A stretch of DNA of 64,000 nucleotides from Thermoanaerobaculia bacterium (GCA_041748075.1 JBGTDX010000118.1:66730-130729), one strand, 5' to 3'; positions 7,600-17,804 are shown, counted from the stretch's first letter. Numbers and translations are program-made. Notes: generated by a model not told the origin, from the letters alone.

Positions 7600-9801
7600 A
7601 TGATCGAAAGGCCAACACGCACTTCCGAAGAACGCGGCTCTGCGCTTCTGGTGAGCCTCATGGTGATGGTCGGTCTGTCTCTTCTGGGACTCGGCTTCGT
7701 CACCGCTTCCGAGACCGAGAGCGCCATCTCGGCGAACCAGCGAAACTATACCCAGGCCCTCTCGATCGCGGAAACCGGCGTGAAGGCCGCGGTCGAATGG
7801 TTTCAGAACCCGGAATCGATGGCTGACATCGGTCTGCTCCCTGTCAATCACGTCAACCTCAAGACCACCAGAATTCTGGGAGGAACTGGCATCGGATATT
7901 ACAAGGGAAGCGGGGGCGATCTTTTCGACCGTCCGTTCAAACCTGCTCCGGTCGACCGCCTCTACGGTGACGTCGACCATGCGGACGTGAAGATCGACCG
8001 CAATAGCGTGCAGGGACGCGCGTTTCTCGACGCGTTCAACACCGCCATTCTCGGGAACACTCAGAACGGCGAAGTCACTGAGATCCTCGTTTACGCGCCG
8101 CCGATCGTTGGGGGTACGCTCAATGGTGACGGCTTCTGGGAGGGAGGAACGCGCTACGGCCTGGCGACCATCCGCGCGACTTCGACCATTTTCCGCGACC
8201 GCGTCGCGCGGACGGGCATCATCGCGGAGCGCTCCGTGACGGTCGTCGTCACCGAATGGCCGTTCCCCGGACCTCAGGGCCCCGTGCAGTCGAATGCCAG
8301 TATCTCCACGGCGGGCAACTTCGGCGTCCACTGGGGAAAGATGACTTCCTCCGAGTCGATGAATATCTTCAACTCGTGGGCAGCCCTCCCCTGGTTCAAC
8401 GCCTACGACCGGATCACGATCGACCGCGGCTACCCGACCCAGAACAAGTGCGGTCCTTTCGATGATCAGCCGTGCGAAGCGCAGTATCTGCCGCTCGCGA
8501 GCGGCACGGATCTCCCCACCGACCACGACTGGCTCGCTGAGATGGTCGGACGCACGGTCGTCGATCCATGGTGGGAAGCGCGTTCGCGCATGAACATCAC
8601 CAACATGGGGGGCGACACCACGCCAATCCCGTACGCCAAAATCGACCACCTCGTCAACGACGTAGTGAGCACTCCCCGGGCCGGCTACTCCGGCTGGGGA
8701 CAGTTCCAGGACCGCAACGACTACCCCAACCACAAGGAAGTCATCTTCCCCCGCATCGACTACGACTTCTGGAAGGAGATCGCCATCCAGGGCAGCTCCA
8801 GCGGCCAGGAAGGTATCTATTATCTCCGCCCGACCGGCGGGATCAACTACACGGACGGATCCACGACCAAGAACTTCGGCGAATGGGTCAACGTGAACCG
8901 CGACGGCAACCCCGGCTTCTACTTCTTCGACACGATGAACGGTCTCAATCCGCAGGGTCCGGGAGCGCCCGGAACTCTTGCGCCCGCAATCCTTCTGAAC
9001 TCCGGCGTCGATGGACCAGGCTTCCGGATGGAAGGGTTCATTTATCTCAATGTCGCGAGCTATCAAAGTACGGGCCTTTCCCCACCGACACAGTGGGTTC
9101 CGTTTCCAGGAGAGCCGTACCGGGACGTCGGCTATCAGCGCATCAATCCAGGCACCGGTGAACCGATCGCCGGCCAGGCGAACTTCGACGCCAACAACGG
9201 GCAGTGGGACTACCAGGATGTCAACGACAATGGACGCTTCGACGTGTTCGTAAATAATCTCGTCGCGAAAACGAGACCTTCGGGAGGAGGTTCATTCTTT
9301 CCCTACCTTCCGGTGGCCCACTACGTGGGATGCAACCCGGGAGTGAACTGCTCGGAGCCGCATGAGCCATACCTGAACATCATTTATCCCACGACCGCCA
9401 AAACGGGTGGGATGGGAGGAAGCCCGACCCCCGTGGTCGTTGGCTGGCAGCCGCAGGGCGCTCAAACGCGGAGGGCGAAGGCCCGGCCGGGCGGGGTGAC
9501 ACCGGCCTGCCCGTCCGACAACACCTTCAACGCAAACTGCACATCCAATGGCTATGACCGTGACGGCGGCTACACGAACGACCTGCAACTGCTCCTCAAC
9601 GGCGTGCTCTATGTCGAGGGCGACTTCCTCGGTACGGCCGGTAACGGCGAGTACTTCGGTTCCGTCCTCGTCGAGGGCGACTTCAGCTCGACCGGCACCT
9701 CGGAGGTGTGGTTCGACGAGCGGCTGATCAAAGGCGACTGGCCGCCTCCGGAGTTCAACTTTCCGCGCGTCTACATCAGCGCAATGAAGACCGACGAATA
9801 A
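7600..9801 (+). CDS. PilX-N-domain pseudopilin (PilX/GspK-like), 733 aa.
   Basis: ORF 7546..9801 trimmed to ATG 7600. The N-terminus ERGSALLVSLMVMVGLSLLGLGFVTASETESAISANQRNYTQALSIAETG matches the PilX N-terminal domain pattern, followed by a large Gly/Asn/Asp-rich C-terminal region. Confidence 0.7.
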   Translation: MIERPTRTSEERGSALLVSLMVMVGLSLLGLGFVTASETESAISANQRNYTQALSIAETGVKAAVEWFQNPESMADIGLLPVNHVNLKTTRILGGTGIGYYKGSGGDLFDRPFKPAPVDRLYGDVDHADVKIDRNSVQGRAFLDAFNTAILGNTQNGEVTEILVYAPPIVGGTLNGDGFWEGGTRYGLATIRATSTIFRDRVARTGIIAERSVTVVVTEWPFPGPQGPVQSNASISTAGNFGVHWGKMTSSESMNIFNSWAALPWFNAYDRITIDRGYPTQNKCGPFDDQPCEAQYLPLASGTDLPTDHDWLAEMVGRTVVDPWWEARSRMNITNMGGDTTPIPYAKIDHLVNDVVSTPRAGYSGWGQFQDRNDYPNHKEVIFPRIDYDFWKEIAIQGSSSGQEGIYYLRPTGGINYTDGSTTKNFGEWVNVNRDGNPGFYFFDTMNGLNPQGPGAPGTLAPAILLNSGVDGPGFRMEGFIYLNVASYQSTGLSPPTQWVPFPGEPYRDVGYQRINPGTGEPIAGQANFDANNGQWDYQDVNDNGRFDVFVNNLVAKTRPSGGGSFFPYLPVAHYVGCNPGVNCSEPHEPYLNIIYPTTAKTGGMGGSPTPVVVGWQPQGAQTRRAKARPGGVTPACPSDNTFNANCTSNGYDRDGGYTNDLQLLLNGVLYVEGDFLGTAGNGEYFGSVLVEGDFSSTGTSEVWFDERLIKGDWPPPEFNFPRVYISAMKTDE

Positions 9802-9811
9802 ACTTACATGT

Positions 9812-9850
9812 GGCAGGGGACTCCGCTCCCCTGCCTGTTCCGTTCATTCC
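9812..9850 (+). terminator. Intrinsic terminator after the PilX-like gene.
   Basis: Stem ggcagggga / tcccctgcc with loop ctccgc, followed by the T-rich ttccgttcattcctttg. Confidence 0.45.
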
Positions 9851-9887
9851 TTTGTATGAACGAAGCTGGAGCGATGACGATCGTCTC

Positions 9888-9955
9888 GCTGACTCCAGGT
9901 GTGGTACCTCTTCAACTATTCGGTATAGGCAAACCTGGGAGCAATGGCGTCAATT
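9888..9955 (+). repeat. Structured about 70-nt repeat, family R2 copy a (ctccaggtg.ggtacctc..actattcggtat.ggca..cctgggag).
   Basis: Clearly related to the copies at 10111-10180 and 11941-12012 and to a fragment at 11464-11492. Confidence 0.7.
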
Positions 9956-9968
9956 TGACGCACGAGGT

Positions 9969-10052
9969 GTCATCCTGAGCGAAGCGAAGGATCCCCCCAA
10001 GCCTTGCGATACTGCCAGTTGTAAGGGGATCCTTCGCTTCGCTCAGGATGAC
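9969..10052. repeat. Palindromic repeat element, family R1 copy a (gtcatcctgagcgaagcgaaggatcc ... ggatccttcgcttcgctcaggatgac).
   Basis: About 26-bp perfect arms around a about 32-nt loop. It makes spurious VILSEAKDP-type ORFs on both strands (ORF track 9708..10229 and 9970..10341). Confidence 0.8.
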
Positions 10053-10110
10053 ACTTGCTCCCTTGGCACCGCGCGAGTCTACGATGCGTGGAGCGCGCAC
10101 GATCCTCTCG

Positions 10111-10180
10111 CCGACTCCAGGTCCCGCACCTCGTCACGATCCGGCATAGGCAGGGCCTGGGAAGGCCCTGCCACATGGGG
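10111..10180 (+). repeat. Family R2 copy b, containing the inner hairpin ggcagggcc-tgggaa-ggccctgcc.
   Basis: Alignment by eye with copies a and c. Confidence 0.7.
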
Positions 10181-10238
10181 GCTTCGGCCGCTGCCGATTT
10201 TCCTCGGATTTTCGAAGATTCCGAGGTAGCCTCGGTGC

Positions 10239-10793
10239 GTGACTGAGAAGACGAAAAGCGGCGCGCTGTACGAGGATGTGATCGCTGCGCCGGAGATGAA
10301 AATCGCCGAGCTCGTCGGCGGCGATCTTTACCTTTCTCCACGGCCGGCGATGCGGCATTCGAAGGCTGCGTCGATGCTCGGTGCGGACCTCAGCGATGCG
10401 TTCCATCGGGGCCGAACCGGTCCCGGAGGCTGGTGGATCCTCGACGAGCCCGAGCTTCATTTCGGCAGCGACGTCCTCGTTCCCGACATCGCGGGATGGA
10501 GGCGCGAGCGTCTGCCCGAGATTCCTGATGCCGGATGGATGGAGCTCGCACCCGACTGGTTGTGCGAGGTGCTGTCGCCTTCGACGGAACGCTTCGACCG
10601 TCGTCTCAAGCTTCCGCTTTATGCAGCGGCCGGCGTGGAACATCTCTGGCTGCTCGATCCCGGCATTCGGACTCTCGAGGTCTACGGCCGGATGGGGGCA
10701 TCGTGGGTGCTGCTCGAATCGCATCGCGGCGACGCGACGGTGCATGCTCCTCCGTTCGAAGCCGTCGGTATCGAGCTCGCGCCGGTCTGGTAG
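10239..10793 (+). CDS. Uma2-family endonuclease (DUF820; putative restriction-endonuclease-like).
   Basis: GTG start. YEDVIAAPEMKIAELVGGDLYLSPRP ... DVLVPDIAGW ... PDWLCEVLSPST ... GVEHLWLLDP matches Uma2 hallmark blocks. Confidence 0.8.
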   Translation: MTEKTKSGALYEDVIAAPEMKIAELVGGDLYLSPRPAMRHSKAASMLGADLSDAFHRGRTGPGGWWILDEPELHFGSDVLVPDIAGWRRERLPEIPDAGWMELAPDWLCEVLSPSTERFDRRLKLPLYAAAGVEHLWLLDPGIRTLEVYGRMGASWVLLESHRGDATVHAPPFEAVGIELAPVW

Positions 10794-10841
10794 GCCATAC
10801 CATATTGCATAGGTCTCAAACAGCCCGCTCAGGGGATTCTC

Positions 10842-11198
10842 TCAGCGCGGATTGGTGAGCGTTCCCAGTCGTGTGAGCACCTCGGCGATGACGGTCTCGG
10901 GAAGGGTGCAGATGAGCCGGGCTTTCCGCGCACGCCAGTCGAGACTCTTCAGCTGATCGCTGAGAATCGCTCCCTCGATCGGAAGCGCCGCCGCGGGTAA
11001 CAACACTTCAAAGGGGTAGCCTTTGATCGCCGAGGTGATCGGACAGAACAGCGCCAGTCCGACCCTTCCGTTGTAGGCGACCGGAGAGATGACAACTGCA
11101 GGTCGCCGGCCTGCCTGCTCGTGCCCAGCCTGCGGATCGAACAGGAGCCACACGACATCGCCACGTCCGGGAACGTAGCTACCAGACTTCTTTGCCAA
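10842..11198 (-). CDS. Type II toxin, MazF/PemK family endoribonuclease.
   Basis: SYVPGRGDVVWLLFDPQAGHEQAGRRPAVVISPVAYNGRVGLALFCPITSAIKGYPFEVLL. TTG start at 11198 overlaps the end of the antitoxin gene. ORF track frame 10842..11360. Confidence 0.7.
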   Translation of the reverse strand: MAKKSGSYVPGRGDVVWLLFDPQAGHEQAGRRPAVVISPVAYNGRVGLALFCPITSAIKGYPFEVLLPAAALPIEGAILSDQLKSLDWRARKARLICTLPETVIAEVLTRLGTLTNPR

Positions 11199-11418
11199 CC
11201 GGTTTTCCTGTTGCGATCTCTGTGTGAAGGTTTTCGTCGGAGATTCTTGCGAGCAACTCTTCGAGCGTGACCGGCTCCGGCAAGGGAACCACGACGAGCT
11301 CGCCGTCCCGAACACGCACTTCGACCGATGAGTCTTCGACAAGCTGGACTTCCTCGGCAAATGGTTTCGGAATACGGAGGGCCAGGCTGTTTCCCCACTT
11401 CTGGATTCGAGTTCTCAT
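11179..11418 (-). CDS. Type II antitoxin, MazE / AbrB-SpoVT family.
   Basis: MRTRIQKWGNSLALRIPKPFAEEV... is a swapped-hairpin AbrB-type DNA-binding fold signature (KWGNSLALRIP). Confidence 0.65.
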   Translation of the reverse strand: MRTRIQKWGNSLALRIPKPFAEEVQLVEDSSVEVRVRDGELVVVPLPEPVTLEELLARISDENLHTEIATGKPVGKEVW

Positions 11419-11430
11419 GGTAATCGGTAT

Positions 11431-11649
11431 CTACAAAGAGTATACCATCAATCGTAGTCTTCGCGATGGCTCCAGGTAAGGTACGAGGGTGAGCCGTCCG
11501 CGCTCGACCAGCTTTGCGACTTCCCAGCACGAGATCGCACTTACCGCGAAGCCGTCTTCTGGTAATTCGAGGCTCGCTGCCAACTGTGCGGAAATCTGCC
11601 GATCACCATGACACCACCAGACCCAGATGTGGGTGTCGAGCAGGATCAC
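11431..11649 (-). pseudogene. PIN-domain (VapC-like) toxin, 3'-truncated to 72 aa; likely disrupted.
   Basis: MILLDTHIWVWW...AVSAISCWEVAKLVERGRLTL is the N-terminal half of a PIN domain. The frame diverges exactly where a partial R2 repeat copy (11464-11492, ggctccaggtaaggtacg) lies and stops at 72 aa, against about 130 aa expected. Confidence 0.5.
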
Positions 11650-11855
11650 TTTTCAGTGTCCCACTCCGACTCGCTCACCGCGGGGAGGAATGGATCGATC
11701 AGGCGCACGGGCAGACCCCGAAGGGGCATCGTTGGCCGGGGAGCCTCGACAAGCTTCACCGTGACGTCGACCTGCTGGCCCTGCTTCACCGGCAGACCAT
11801 CGATCACGATCCGGCCATCCTTCAGAACGAGAACCCGCAGTTTCTTTGTCTTCAT
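11646..11855 (-). CDS. Putative antitoxin (VapB-like small DNA-binding protein) paired with the PIN gene.
   Basis: 69 aa: MKTKKLRVLVLKDGRIVIDGLPVKQGQQVDVTV. A 4-bp ATGA overlap with the downstream PIN ORF is typical of type II toxin-antitoxin coupling. Confidence 0.45.
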   Translation of the reverse strand: MKTKKLRVLVLKDGRIVIDGLPVKQGQQVDVTVKLVEAPRPTMPLRGLPVRLIDPFLPAVSESEWDTEK

Positions 11856-11940
11856 CGCGTGCTCCAGTTCAAGAGAGTACCTCGGAGGCTCGGTCGAGAC
11901 AACAGCAGTGATCTGGTTCCGTGCGGTTTCGGTTCTCCAA

Positions 11941-12012
11941 ATGGCTCCAGGTGAGGTACCTCTTTACTATTCGGTATTGGCAGGACCTCGGAGGGCCCTG
12001 CCAGATGTTGGC
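11941..12012 (+). repeat. Family R2 copy c.
   Basis: ggctccaggtgaggtacctctttactattcggtattggcaggacctcggagggccctgccagatg. Confidence 0.7.
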
Positions 12013-12162
12013 CATCCGGAAATCCGCTCGGCGGGCGCTCCGTTGTAGAATAGGCAGTGCCGTTACGCCTCCCCGCTTCGCTCTGCATGTATCAGCGAAT
12101 CCATCATTTAGAAACGTTTCCTGCATTCGCGCGTCGAAAAGGCGTGACAGATTGGAAAACTG

Positions 12163-13371
12163 ATGCCTAGCTTCGTGTTCAGGGTTGGCACGCCCGACGG
12201 CCAGATCATCGAGCGCCAGGTCGACGCGATCGACCTCCCCAGCGCGAAGGAGGAGATCCAGCGGGCCGGCCTCCATGTCTTTCACGTCAAGCAGCAGGGC
12301 CTGTCATTCTCGCTGAACCCGTTCCGCTCACGAAAGATCGTCTCGACCGAGGGCTTCCTGCTCTTCAATCAGGAGCTGCTGGCTCTGGTCAGGGCAGGCC
12401 TGCCGGTGATCCAGTCATTCGACATCATGCTCGAGCGGCAGAGGAATCCTCGGTTCAGGCAGGTCCTCACGGAGATCCGCGACAAGGTCAAGTCGGGCGT
12501 TGCGATCTCGGACGCTTTCGCCGCATACGGCCGGGCATTCCCTCCGATCTATTCGACCTCGATCCGCGCGGGCGAGCGTGCAGGCGACCTCGAGGGGGTT
12601 CTCCGCCGCTTTCTCCGCTACCAGAAGATCATCGTCAACCTCCGAAAGAAAGTCACCTCGGCGCTGATCTACCCGGCGGTCCTGGTGACTCTTTCCGTCG
12701 TGATGGTCTTCATCATGCTCACGTACGTCATCCCGAAGTTCGCGGAGTTCTACGAAGGCTTCGGGGCCGATCTCCCGTGGGCGACCCAGCTGACTATCAC
12801 CATTTCGACGATCCTCAGGGAAAACATCCTCATCGTTTTCGGATCCCTGGCCGCTGTCATATTCCTGGTGCGGCGGTGGAGCCTCAGCGTCACCGGGGGG
12901 ATCACGTACGACCGGCTCAAGCTGAAGATTCCGCTCGTAGGCGGCATTCTTCACCGCTTCGCGCTTCTCCAGTTCACCCAGTCGCTGGGCACGCTTCTGG
13001 CGGGGGGAACGCCCATGGTTCCGTCGATCGAGATCGCCGCCCTGTCGATCACGAACCGTCACGTTTCGGCCCGCGTCGCCGCCATCGCAAAGAACGTCAT
13101 GGAGGGTGAAACGCTGTGGAGGTCGCTCGAGCAGACCGGGGTCATCAGCGACATGGCGGTCGAAATGATCAAGGTCGGCGAGTCGAGCGGCGCCCTCAAT
13201 GAAATGCTGGCCAACGTGAGCGAGTTCTACGATGAGGAAATCGAATCGCGGTTGAACCGGATGATCACGATGATCGAGCCGATCATTCTTGTCGGGCTCG
13301 GCATCGTCATTGCCGGGCTCCTCTATGCCTTCTACCTGCCGCTCTTCCAGTTGACGAACGTACAGAATTGA
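12163..13371 (+). CDS. pilC: Type IV pilus / T2SS inner-membrane platform protein (PilC/GspF).
   Basis: 402 aa with T2SSF-family repeats and three TM segments. Confidence 0.9.
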   Translation: MPSFVFRVGTPDGQIIERQVDAIDLPSAKEEIQRAGLHVFHVKQQGLSFSLNPFRSRKIVSTEGFLLFNQELLALVRAGLPVIQSFDIMLERQRNPRFRQVLTEIRDKVKSGVAISDAFAAYGRAFPPIYSTSIRAGERAGDLEGVLRRFLRYQKIIVNLRKKVTSALIYPAVLVTLSVVMVFIMLTYVIPKFAEFYEGFGADLPWATQLTITISTILRENILIVFGSLAAVIFLVRRWSLSVTGGITYDRLKLKIPLVGGILHRFALLQFTQSLGTLLAGGTPMVPSIEIAALSITNRHVSARVAAIAKNVMEGETLWRSLEQTGVISDMAVEMIKVGESSGALNEMLANVSEFYDEEIESRLNRMITMIEPIILVGLGIVIAGLLYAFYLPLFQLTNVQN

Positions 13372-13378
13372 TCAATCC

Positions 13379-14992
<1,614 letters not shown>

Positions 14993-14994
14993 CT

Positions 14995-15894
14995 ATGGCC
15001 AGATCATTTCCACCAGACGTCATCATCTGCGATCAGGATTCGCTCATGTTCGCCCGTTTCGACGGCGGCAAGTCGATGCCCCGGATCGTGACGGCGAAGA
15101 CGTACGCGCTCGATGACGATGTGTTTGCACCGGGGATCGTGACGCCCGCTCTCGCGCGGCCGGAACAGCTCACCGCGGTTCTCGGGCGCATGAAAAAGGA
15201 GCAGGGACGGCTCGATCGCGTTTCGCTGCTGCTGCCCGATTCCTGGTTCCGCATCAACCTGATTGACATTCCGACGCTGCCGGAGAAAAAGGCGGAGGCG
15301 GATGAAGTCGTGCGCTGGTCTCTGAAGAAATCCACGCCGATCCGGCCTGAAGAGTTCCGCCTGGCCTATCAGACCGTGGACAAGACGAGCTCCGGATCAC
15401 GGGTGCTCGTGGTCGCCGCTCTCGAGAAGACGCTCGCCGGAATCGAAAAGGCATTCGCCGAGACACAGCTCACTCCGGTGCTCATCGAGCCGGTCGGGAT
15501 GAACATCTGGAACAGCATCGCAGTACGAGAGCAGCCGGCCAACGATGACAGAATCTTCTTCTATGTCCGGAATCGGGAATTCACCACCGCGGTCTTCAGG
15601 AATGGCACGCCGCTGTTCTTCCGTTCGCGAGTGATGAGCGACGACCGGACGCTCCTTCAGGAGATCCGGCTTTCAGCGTCGTATTTCAAATCGAATCTCG
15701 AGATCACGCACGTGGAAAAATGCTACGTGGCGGGCCAGCAGTTCAACGATCAGGTATCGTCCACGATCTCCGAGGAGCTCGGCGCGACGACCTCCAGAGT
15801 CACGCTCGACAGCTACGTCGAATCATCTCCCTCGGTTGATACGCGCGCGATCGAGGCCGAGCTCACAGCCTGCGCAGGAGTGTTCACCGCTTGA
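14995..15894 (+). CDS. PilM/GspL-like cytoplasmic assembly protein (actin-like fold).
   Basis: ORF 14764..15894 trimmed to ATG 14995, 3 nt after the pilB stop. Position and size (299 aa) are consistent with PilM. Similarity is modest. Confidence 0.6.
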   Translation: MARSFPPDVIICDQDSLMFARFDGGKSMPRIVTAKTYALDDDVFAPGIVTPALARPEQLTAVLGRMKKEQGRLDRVSLLLPDSWFRINLIDIPTLPEKKAEADEVVRWSLKKSTPIRPEEFRLAYQTVDKTSSGSRVLVVAALEKTLAGIEKAFAETQLTPVLIEPVGMNIWNSIAVREQPANDDRIFFYVRNREFTTAVFRNGTPLFFRSRVMSDDRTLLQEIRLSASYFKSNLEITHVEKCYVAGQQFNDQVSSTISEELGATTSRVTLDSYVESSPSVDTRAIEAELTACAGVFTA

Positions 15895-16469
15895 AGACGC
15901 TTCACCTGAATCTCGCTTCGCGCCCGTATCGCGATTACACGCCTGTCTATGCCGTGGCGATCGTGCTCGCTCTCGTGACGGGCTTTCTCATGATCAACAA
16001 CATCCAGACCGCGTACCGTTACTTCGTCAACACCGAGGAAACGCGCGGAGAGATCGCCCGGGTCGAGGCCGAGACTGCTGCCGAAACCCGCGCGGCGGAA
16101 ACGCTGGAGCGATCCGCAGAGGGGATCAATGTACGGGCGCTCGCGATGGAGACGGCGTACATCAACGCGCAGATCGCCGAGCGCGCGTTCTCCTGGAGCA
16201 ATCTTCTCGACAACATGGAAAGGGTACTTCCCCGCAACGTCCGGCTGATGACGCTCAATCCCGACATTCAACCCGACGGAGATGTGAGACTCACCATCAC
16301 CGCCAGAGCCAAGGGGAGCGACGGCATGGTCACCATGCTGCGGAATATGCTCGGCGATCCTCACTTCGCCGATCCGTTCCCGGGAACCGACTCTCAGAAT
16401 GATGACGGCTCCTACAGCTTCAGTCTTTCGACGACCTATCGTCCGGATCCGCGGGGGCTGACGCGATGA
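15891..16469 (+). CDS. PilN-like (bitopic, N-terminal LNLASRP motif then a TM helix).
   Basis: MKTLHLNLASRPYRDYTPVYAVAIVLALVTGFLMINN. TTG start overlaps the upstream stop. Confidence 0.7.
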   Translation: MKTLHLNLASRPYRDYTPVYAVAIVLALVTGFLMINNIQTAYRYFVNTEETRGEIARVEAETAAETRAAETLERSAEGINVRALAMETAYINAQIAERAFSWSNLLDNMERVLPRNVRLMTLNPDIQPDGDVRLTITARAKGSDGMVTMLRNMLGDPHFADPFPGTDSQNDDGSYSFSLSTTYRPDPRGLTR

Positions 16470-17056
16470 TCTGGCGCGAGAAAAGGAGCCTGCTGATTGT
16501 TCTGGGCGTGCTGCTTGCGATCAATGTGGCATTCTTCCTGACATACAGGGTTCGATACCAGCAGAGGATCCAGGCGCTCGACGTGACGCTCGATCAGGCG
16601 AACGCGGCCCTGGAAGCCGCCCGCAGCCGGAAGGCGGCCGCAGAGCAGACTCTCACGGGTTACAAGTCGACGACCGCCGACATTCAGAGGATCTACAACG
16701 AAGTCTGGTCCACGCCGCAACGGCGGCTCACGTCCATGATCCTGGAGATTCGCGACCTGGAAAATCGCAGCAGAATGGTGCCGCGCTCCACGAGCTTCAC
16801 GCAGCAGGTCGAGAAGAAAGAATTCGGAACGCGGGCCATGACGATGAACTTCATGGTCCGGGGCACCTATGCACAGGTGCGCCAGTTCATCAACCTGCTC
16901 GAGTTGTCCCAGAACTTTGTGGTGATCGATCAGATCATGCTGGCAGACCCGACCGATGAAACCCAGCTCCTGAATCTGAACATTCAGATCAAGACACTCT
17001 TCCACGAGCCACTCGATCCGTCAGAGCAGTCGGCGCGGCGCGGAGGAACCTCCTGA
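16466..17056 (+). CDS. PilO-like protein (TM helix plus coiled coil).
   Basis: MIWREKRSLLIVLGVLLAINVAFFL followed by a coiled-coil region. 4-bp overlap with PilN. Confidence 0.65.
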   Translation: MIWREKRSLLIVLGVLLAINVAFFLTYRVRYQQRIQALDVTLDQANAALEAARSRKAAAEQTLTGYKSTTADIQRIYNEVWSTPQRRLTSMILEIRDLENRSRMVPRSTSFTQQVEKKEFGTRAMTMNFMVRGTYAQVRQFINLLELSQNFVVIDQIMLADPTDETQLLNLNIQIKTLFHEPLDPSEQSARRGGTS

Positions 17057-17736
17057 TGGACTGGTCGAACTGGAAGACCTGGCTCCTGCTCAGCGGCGTT
17101 GTGCTCGCCCTGTTCGCGATCTATGTCTTCGCGTCTCCCGACGCTCCCCTGCAGTTGCAGAATGAGCCCGAGGCCGTGCGTCCCGTTGCCGCGTCGCGGC
17201 AGGTCGCGGGCGGGGCAACGCGCTCGATTGCGCCTCCGGGCGTGGAACCGGTGCGCATCGATCTGCTCGAGCCGGCCAGCGGAAGCTTCAGCAGCGACCG
17301 CAACCTGTTCCGTTATGTAGAACCGCCTCCGCCTCCTCCCGCTCCAACACCCAGACCTCCCGCTCCCCCGCCGGATCGCGACAAGGACGGCATTCCAGAC
17401 TTCCAGGACAATTGTCCCGATGTATACAACCCGGACCAGGCGGACATCGATCGCAATGGCGTAGGTGATGCATGTCAGGAGGGGCCTATCGTTCCTCCAC
17501 CGCCGCCGCCGCCGCAACCGCCGGCGTTCAACTACACTTACATGGGAAGCTTCGGGACGCCCGCGCGGCCCATCGCGGCATTCTCGCGCGACGGACAGAT
17601 CGTCAACGTGAGGGTGGGCGAGACCTTCGGCGGACAATTCATCCTCCGGAACATAGGGATCGAGTCGGTGGACATCGGGTTCGTCGGATTTCCGCCGGAT
17701 GCGCGAAAGAGAGTCGCCGTCGGAACGCCTCCGTGA
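17056..17736 (+). CDS. PilP/GspC-like protein carrying a thrombospondin type-3 (Ca-binding) repeat and polyproline tracts.
   Basis: N-terminal TM helix. PPPPPPAPTPRPPAPPP, then DKDGIPDFQDNCPDVYNPDQADIDRNGVGDAC (a TSP3 / OmpA-N-like DxDxDGxxDxxD motif), then PPPPPPPQPP and a C-terminal beta-rich domain. Confidence 0.55.
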   Translation: MDWSNWKTWLLLSGVVLALFAIYVFASPDAPLQLQNEPEAVRPVAASRQVAGGATRSIAPPGVEPVRIDLLEPASGSFSSDRNLFRYVEPPPPPPAPTPRPPAPPPDRDKDGIPDFQDNCPDVYNPDQADIDRNGVGDACQEGPIVPPPPPPPQPPAFNYTYMGSFGTPARPIAAFSRDGQIVNVRVGETFGGQFILRNIGIESVDIGFVGFPPDARKRVAVGTPP

Positions 17737-17804
17737 CGTTTCGTCACGCTTGAGCGTCTGAGCTGTTATAGCCGAGCCACATGATCGATCGAGAGAAAAC
17801 ATTC

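Noticed and set aside
7333-9066. Long antisense/shadow ORFs inside real genes (e.g. 7333..9066-, 18309..19460-, 19961..20809-, 30187..31182-, 37483..38343+, 38686..39681+, 47265..48605+, 48885..49958+, 54765..55469+, 60128..61798+, 62217..63056-)
   Set aside because: These are typical high-GC open frames opposite strongly supported CDSs (PilX-like, secretins, HemQ, FecR-like, RelA, kinase, Rho). Their translations are Arg/Gly/Asp-rich with no domain signatures.
9708-10341. ORFs 9708..10229(+) and 9970..10341(-), translating VILSEAKDP... / GILRFAQDDT...
   Set aside because: They are produced by reading through the R1/R2 repeat elements in both orientations, the classic repeat-derived pseudo-ORFs.
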